This document shows, in pieces, positions 59,660 to 64,000 of a stretch of DNA of 64,000 bases. Position 1 is the stretch's first letter. Every line of letters starts with the position of its first letter. The translations under genes were made by a program, and so were the position numbers. Origin of the DNA: a virus; IMG/VR virus record IMGVR_UViG_3300030329_006012, positions 32,001 to 96,000 of that record. The stretch is one strand, 5' to 3'. The notes beneath the pieces were generated by a model that saw only the letters and a program-made list of their open reading frames with translations, was not told where the DNA came from and searched no databases.

Positions 59660-62600
59660 ATGCGCTTTGTAACAGCCAGAGACAGCAGTTCTTCCTATTA
59701 TCTGTTTGCTTTCAAGGAAGTTGATCAAGACCCGAACTCTTGGGCGGTTGAAGTTAGCCACATAATAACAACCTACGGCTCCGTCGACGACACTGGTGCC
59801 AACATAGACGGCGCAAGCGAGATCATACAGGTCATGACGTCAGATGCGTATGTGACCGACACCGCCGGAACCGATGCCATCGAGTTTCTTTATACTAAAA
59901 ACTTCCTTGAACAGTGGCTCACAGCACCACAAGCTCAGCTCGTGAACACTCTTCAGGGCGCAGATACACCAGATGCATTTGTAGAGTTTTTTATACCAAA
60001 AAACATTACGGTTCAGATGAGTCCGTATATAGAGTCGCCCACTACCCCCAAGTTGAAAGATGACCTTGATATCGGCGCAGAGATGATAGGATATGAACTT
60101 AAGCAGATTGATACACTTGGGATCAACGTACCACTGAGCGACGTTAATAAGAATTCCCACGTCTACTATCACCAAGGAGAGACAGATGAGGTAGTAGAGA
60201 GCCCCTATGCTGATGAGTTCATGCCAGATGAGATAACTGTTAAAAGGGCCGCAATCATCGGCGCCAACATTCCAAGGATATTTGTAGGGCCAAACCAGAC
60301 TCTAGACCCCAGCATTGACAATTTCGACCCCGAAGAGGATGTATTGGAAGGCGGCCTCACTGACGAACAGCGCAAAAACTCTCTTCCACTGAATGAGCAG
60401 GCCATTTTATTGTATCGTCTCGGCGAATTGATGCCCCGAAATAGGAAAAAGAGGAATTCTAAAGATTATGATCGCTTTGCATGTCTGGAGTGTAAGACTG
60501 CCGACGAAATCGCTAACCTAGTCAACTCGGTCACATCACCGCCAAACCGCGCACCTCTTTTTGATCTGGTGAGACCAATCCACCTTAGTGCTGTCATCCC
60601 CAGAGTTAGGTTATTTAAGATGTATGACCCATCCGCGAAGAGAATGAAGAATACCAAGAAGCCTGCGAACACACCAAAGATACCAGTGGAATATGAGTTC
60701 GAAGAATTCTCAAACAGGGATTTGTTGAAGGAGACTCTCAGCACAAACACTGGTGTTGGTATCGAGTCATTTAACTTTGATTTCAACGGAACAAATAAAT
60801 TTTCTGCTGAGAGGCTCATAAGTGCTGAATTGAAGATACGGGCAAGAAGCATTGATGAGCTTGAACGCCTGCGCGTAAGTTCAGCAACAAAGCGGCCATA
60901 CAGGTTTTCGGATCTTTTTATACCCGAAATGATCCAGCAAGACAATGCCAACAAGCGCCCCAATAACCTCAATTATATTGAATATAAGGCAAAGCACTTT
61001 GAGAGCCGAATGGTGGTGGAGTATGGCATCGACACCGAAAGTGCCGTTTTCACCAGCCGAGAGGGAAAACAAATTGCAGATGCATTTTATGAATCGAAAC
61101 TCGAAATCAACCTTAGTGTCACAAGTCACTCAATAGATCTAAAAGATGATGGGTCTATGGTGGTCACTATCAACTTCGTCGGACGCCTCGATGCACTTGC
61201 CAAGGATCCAAATAGTGGCAACATCCTCATGGACACGAACTTGAGTGATAAAATGCGCTTAGAACTTCTCACGGAGAGGAATGCGGCACAAGAGGCGGTG
61301 GATCTGGCAAGAGAAACGAAGGACGAGGCCGAAATAGACAACGTGACAGAAGATGATAGAGTGCGCGATGGCCAAACGCGGCAGACGAAAGAGGAGACAA
61401 ACGCTATTGCAGACGAAACTATCGCTACGAACACCGAAACATACAACCTTGGCCAAAAAGATGGCGAAAGAAAATTTCTTGAAAAGAACGGTGACAACTT
61501 GTCTAAGTTGAGACTTTACCGCTCCATCCTTAATGGTCTCATTCGCAAAGAAGCAGTCAATATCGTGGAGATTGATCCCTCCAACATTGCCCTGACAACT
61601 CAATCAACTGAGGAGCAGGCACTTTCCGCATCTGAAGATGGTGGAAAAGCCGGCAAAGAAATAGCCAATATCGAGACGCTGAATACAAAAGAGCAAATTG
61701 ACGAACAATTTAAAATCCTATCAGACCGCATGAAGAAGGGCATTGTTCCCATGTTCACATCCAATGCTTATTACATAAGATTCTTTTATTTTGGCGATCT
61801 CATGGACGTGGTTCTTGATCACATGTATGAAGGCCGTGAAGATGCGGCACTTGATATAAGAACGGTTTTGGGCCCAATCGAGATCAGGAGAAATTTGTTT
61901 GACTCATACCAATTCTCAGGAGAGGGTGTAAGTTTTCAACATAACGGCGCCATCGTCGTTACCGATAAATATGGGACTTTCGATCCCAAGGCCACAAGAA
62001 GGCGCAAAGCAGCAGTAGAGCAGGTTGAGGAGGGACTCAATAATGGAAAAAAGGCACCCTCTGCAGGCATTGAAGAGCAGACTCTGCTTGCATCCCTAGC
62101 AGATGTGCCGATCTCCCTCAATCTATTTTTGAGGTGGTTTGCAGACAACATCTCCAACAAGGGAGCTTTTGGGTACTCCTTTAAGCAGTTTTTGGTCGAC
62201 GCGACACAGGGCTTGATTGTTGCATCTTTAGAGGCGGATAGTTCTCGAATCTTGCTTCCGAAGCAACAGAGGATTGTAAGAACTGTTACTTGGGATTCTG
62301 CCACAGACCTGTCCACACCGGACGTTTTTGGCTTTACACACAAAGATGGCCAAGAATTGAAGATCGAGCTCCCCACTCAACAACGAAATTTGGTAGCAAA
62401 AGAGGGGCTTCAGATCTCTCGCCTTAGAGATGAATTCAACATAGCTCACACCCTCTCAACGGCTCCATACATGAGTGACTACCTTATGGTATACGCAGAG
62501 GCCCCTCGATATAATAGGGCGTTCGAAGGAACGCCCACGCAGTATAAAAGGGATCTGAAAGACGGTATCTATCACTTGAGCGTCGGAAGGGATGTTGGCA

Positions 62601-62905
62601 TGGTGAAAGATGTTAAGCTTTCCGCTGTCACTGTTCCCTATTACGAGGAGATGCAGATTCAGAGGGCAGCCAAAAATGGTGTGCGCCCAACAAAGAGGAT
62701 CTATGAAGCCACAGTAACACTTTTTGGGGTTACGTTCTTTCGACCGGGCCAAACAGTATATCTTAACGCAGCTGCTTTCGGCAGCCGCGAGAACTTGAAG
62801 GCCCACGGCTTGTGCGGGTATTATTCTATTCGAACAGTGTCCACAAACTTTTCGTCTGGCAATTTCGAAACCACATTGATATGTGACTTTAAGCATGCGG
62901 GGTAA
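59660..62905 (+). CDS. Baseplate hub protein (gp27/VgrG-like C-terminus), 1,081 aa
   Basis: C-terminal YEATVTLFGVTFFRPGQTVYL...GYYSIRTVSTNF..GNFETTL pattern; follows the LysM gene. Confidence 0.55.
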   Translation: MRFVTARDSSSSYYLFAFKEVDQDPNSWAVEVSHIITTYGSVDDTGANIDGASEIIQVMTSDAYVTDTAGTDAIEFLYTKNFLEQWLTAPQAQLVNTLQGADTPDAFVEFFIPKNITVQMSPYIESPTTPKLKDDLDIGAEMIGYELKQIDTLGINVPLSDVNKNSHVYYHQGETDEVVESPYADEFMPDEITVKRAAIIGANIPRIFVGPNQTLDPSIDNFDPEEDVLEGGLTDEQRKNSLPLNEQAILLYRLGELMPRNRKKRNSKDYDRFACLECKTADEIANLVNSVTSPPNRAPLFDLVRPIHLSAVIPRVRLFKMYDPSAKRMKNTKKPANTPKIPVEYEFEEFSNRDLLKETLSTNTGVGIESFNFDFNGTNKFSAERLISAELKIRARSIDELERLRVSSATKRPYRFSDLFIPEMIQQDNANKRPNNLNYIEYKAKHFESRMVVEYGIDTESAVFTSREGKQIADAFYESKLEINLSVTSHSIDLKDDGSMVVTINFVGRLDALAKDPNSGNILMDTNLSDKMRLELLTERNAAQEAVDLARETKDEAEIDNVTEDDRVRDGQTRQTKEETNAIADETIATNTETYNLGQKDGERKFLEKNGDNLSKLRLYRSILNGLIRKEAVNIVEIDPSNIALTTQSTEEQALSASEDGGKAGKEIANIETLNTKEQIDEQFKILSDRMKKGIVPMFTSNAYYIRFFYFGDLMDVVLDHMYEGREDAALDIRTVLGPIEIRRNLFDSYQFSGEGVSFQHNGAIVVTDKYGTFDPKATRRRKAAVEQVEEGLNNGKKAPSAGIEEQTLLASLADVPISLNLFLRWFADNISNKGAFGYSFKQFLVDATQGLIVASLEADSSRILLPKQQRIVRTVTWDSATDLSTPDVFGFTHKDGQELKIELPTQQRNLVAKEGLQISRLRDEFNIAHTLSTAPYMSDYLMVYAEAPRYNRAFEGTPTQYKRDLKDGIYHLSVGRDVGMVKDVKLSAVTVPYYEEMQIQRAAKNGVRPTKRIYEATVTLFGVTFFRPGQTVYLNAAAFGSRENLKAHGLCGYYSIRTVSTNFSSGNFETTLICDFKHAG

Positions 62906-62908
62906 AAT

Positions 62909-64000
62909 ATGAAACCAACAAGAGGCAACAACAGTTTAAGTTCAAAATATTCATACATACAGAGAGAGATGTACGAGGGAGAGGTAGATAAACTACTGGA
63001 GGCCAAGGAAGGGCTTACGCTTATCGACCTCAGAAAGAAAAGTCTGTATGGGAAAATAGATCTCAAGAACAAGGTGGTGGTTCCAAGACTGGAGAACCTG
63101 TCCTCCTTTCAGGGCGTCGCAAATGTGTTTCCCTTTGTCCGAGATGCCCTTGACGACCTCTCCTCCAAATTAAAAAAGAGGTCAGATCGGGGAACGATCA
63201 AAAAACGCGGCCCATACTCCACCCTCAGTGCAACCCCGCGCCCGAAGACGTGGCAAGATGAGTACGCCAACTATTTGAAGGATATCAAGGAATCATATCA
63301 GGATAGAATTCGCTCAACACCTGGCCTTAAAGATAGTGTGGCAGATTTCAAGCAGTATGTTTTTAATTTTCTTGAGTTCTCTACAATAGCTAATCCCCGC
63401 TACCCGCTTACTTTCTCGAAATTTTACCTATCATCTCACAGCTCTACTTTCGCCACAGGTATTACAGTGGACTTGAATTCAGAAGAGTACGGCGATGATT
63501 ATGTTTCTTTTTCAAAATATTTTGGAGATGTAAATTTTGACATTTTCTACCAAGAGGCCCAAAACCACGGCTTTCTTCTTGACCGCTATGCTCCTTGGCG
63601 CCTTGTGGCCAACCTAACATCGCAGCCGATGATTAGTTATATGAAAAAGTCTGGATATGCCAATATGCAGGACGTGTTCTCTGAACTAACCTTTAACCCC
63701 CTCTCGCCAGAGTTCTATGAACTCGTGAAAATGATAAACTTCTCTTACAGCGAGGTGTTTAAGCCCAATTCAACTGTGGCCGATGTGTGTTACCGAGAGG
63801 GCAAGACTTCTTATTCCCTCAAGCCGAGGGAAATGTTTGATCCTTCCCAATTTAAATCTCTAGAAGAAATGGTGGATTACATGGGATATGCGTTCTGGCT
63901 CCGAGCATACGCTTTTATCAAAGCGCGGGAGATAAATAAGAACTTGACACAGAAAGAGTTTGATGATATAGTAAAAGAATCTATAGCTATACAAAAACAT
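62909..64000 (+). CDS. Hypothetical protein, 3' truncated by the window edge
   Basis: ATG 62909 (MKPTRGNNSL...) reads open to the end of the window; contains HGFLLDRYAPWRLVANL. Confidence 0.7.
   Translation, partial: MKPTRGNNSLSSKYSYIQREMYEGEVDKLLEAKEGLTLIDLRKKSLYGKIDLKNKVVVPRLENLSSFQGVANVFPFVRDALDDLSSKLKKRSDRGTIKKRGPYSTLSATPRPKTWQDEYANYLKDIKESYQDRIRSTPGLKDSVADFKQYVFNFLEFSTIANPRYPLTFSKFYLSSHSSTFATGITVDLNSEEYGDDYVSFSKYFGDVNFDIFYQEAQNHGFLLDRYAPWRLVANLTSQPMISYMKKSGYANMQDVFSELTFNPLSPEFYELVKMINFSYSEVFKPNSTVADVCYREGKTSYSLKPREMFDPSQFKSLEEMVDYMGYAFWLRAYAFIKAREINKNLTQKEFDDIVKESIAIQKH

Larger units (their letters stand above)
1..64000 (+). mobile_element. Segment of a large T4-like myophage genome (morphogenesis region)
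   Basis: Co-oriented TerL, gp20-like portal, gp21-like protease, gp23-like capsid, sheath, tube, tape measure and baseplate genes; almost no intergenic space; no host housekeeping operons. Confidence 0.97.

Noticed and set aside
1-64000. Stop-codon reassignment (alternative genetic code)
   Set aside because: Standard code 11 gives long, gap-free, full-length marker genes, and all three stops terminate recognisable proteins at expected positions.

Overview
The window is a 64-kb, almost entirely plus-strand, densely coding segment of a large T4-like (contractile-tailed) bacteriophage genome that uses the standard genetic code. Gene order: (i) large virion/baseplate/fibre genes (1-17.4 kb), including a 2,519-aa protein with YWTD and FG-GAP-like propellers; (ii) a RuvC-like resolvase, a primase and a fused SbcD-SbcC (Mre11-Rad50) protein; (iii) a putative lysis/membrane cluster interrupted by a divergent QueC-like gene, then an Hc1-like protein; (iv) TerL, portal, prohead protease and ribosomal protein bS21; (v) an accessory head-decoration/fibre locus (32.3-42.3 kb); (vi) scaffold, major capsid, neck, tail terminator, sheath, tube, tail chaperone, tape measure and baseplate genes. 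The main signals are: a canonical-looking -1 ribosomal frameshift (C CCU UUA, 7-nt spacer, 49-nt stem-loop) that would append an Ig-domain-containing extension to a coiled-coil fibre; an unnamed ~40-aa 'YF(C/N)E-G-W-S-F' module found five times in four head/neck-region genes; a probable +1/-2 tail-chaperone frameshift at a T7 run; and a recurrent CTAHTTA promoter-like motif. All functional calls come from motif recognition by eye; no searches were run. I saw no tRNA, rRNA, CRISPR array, integrase or reverse transcriptase.
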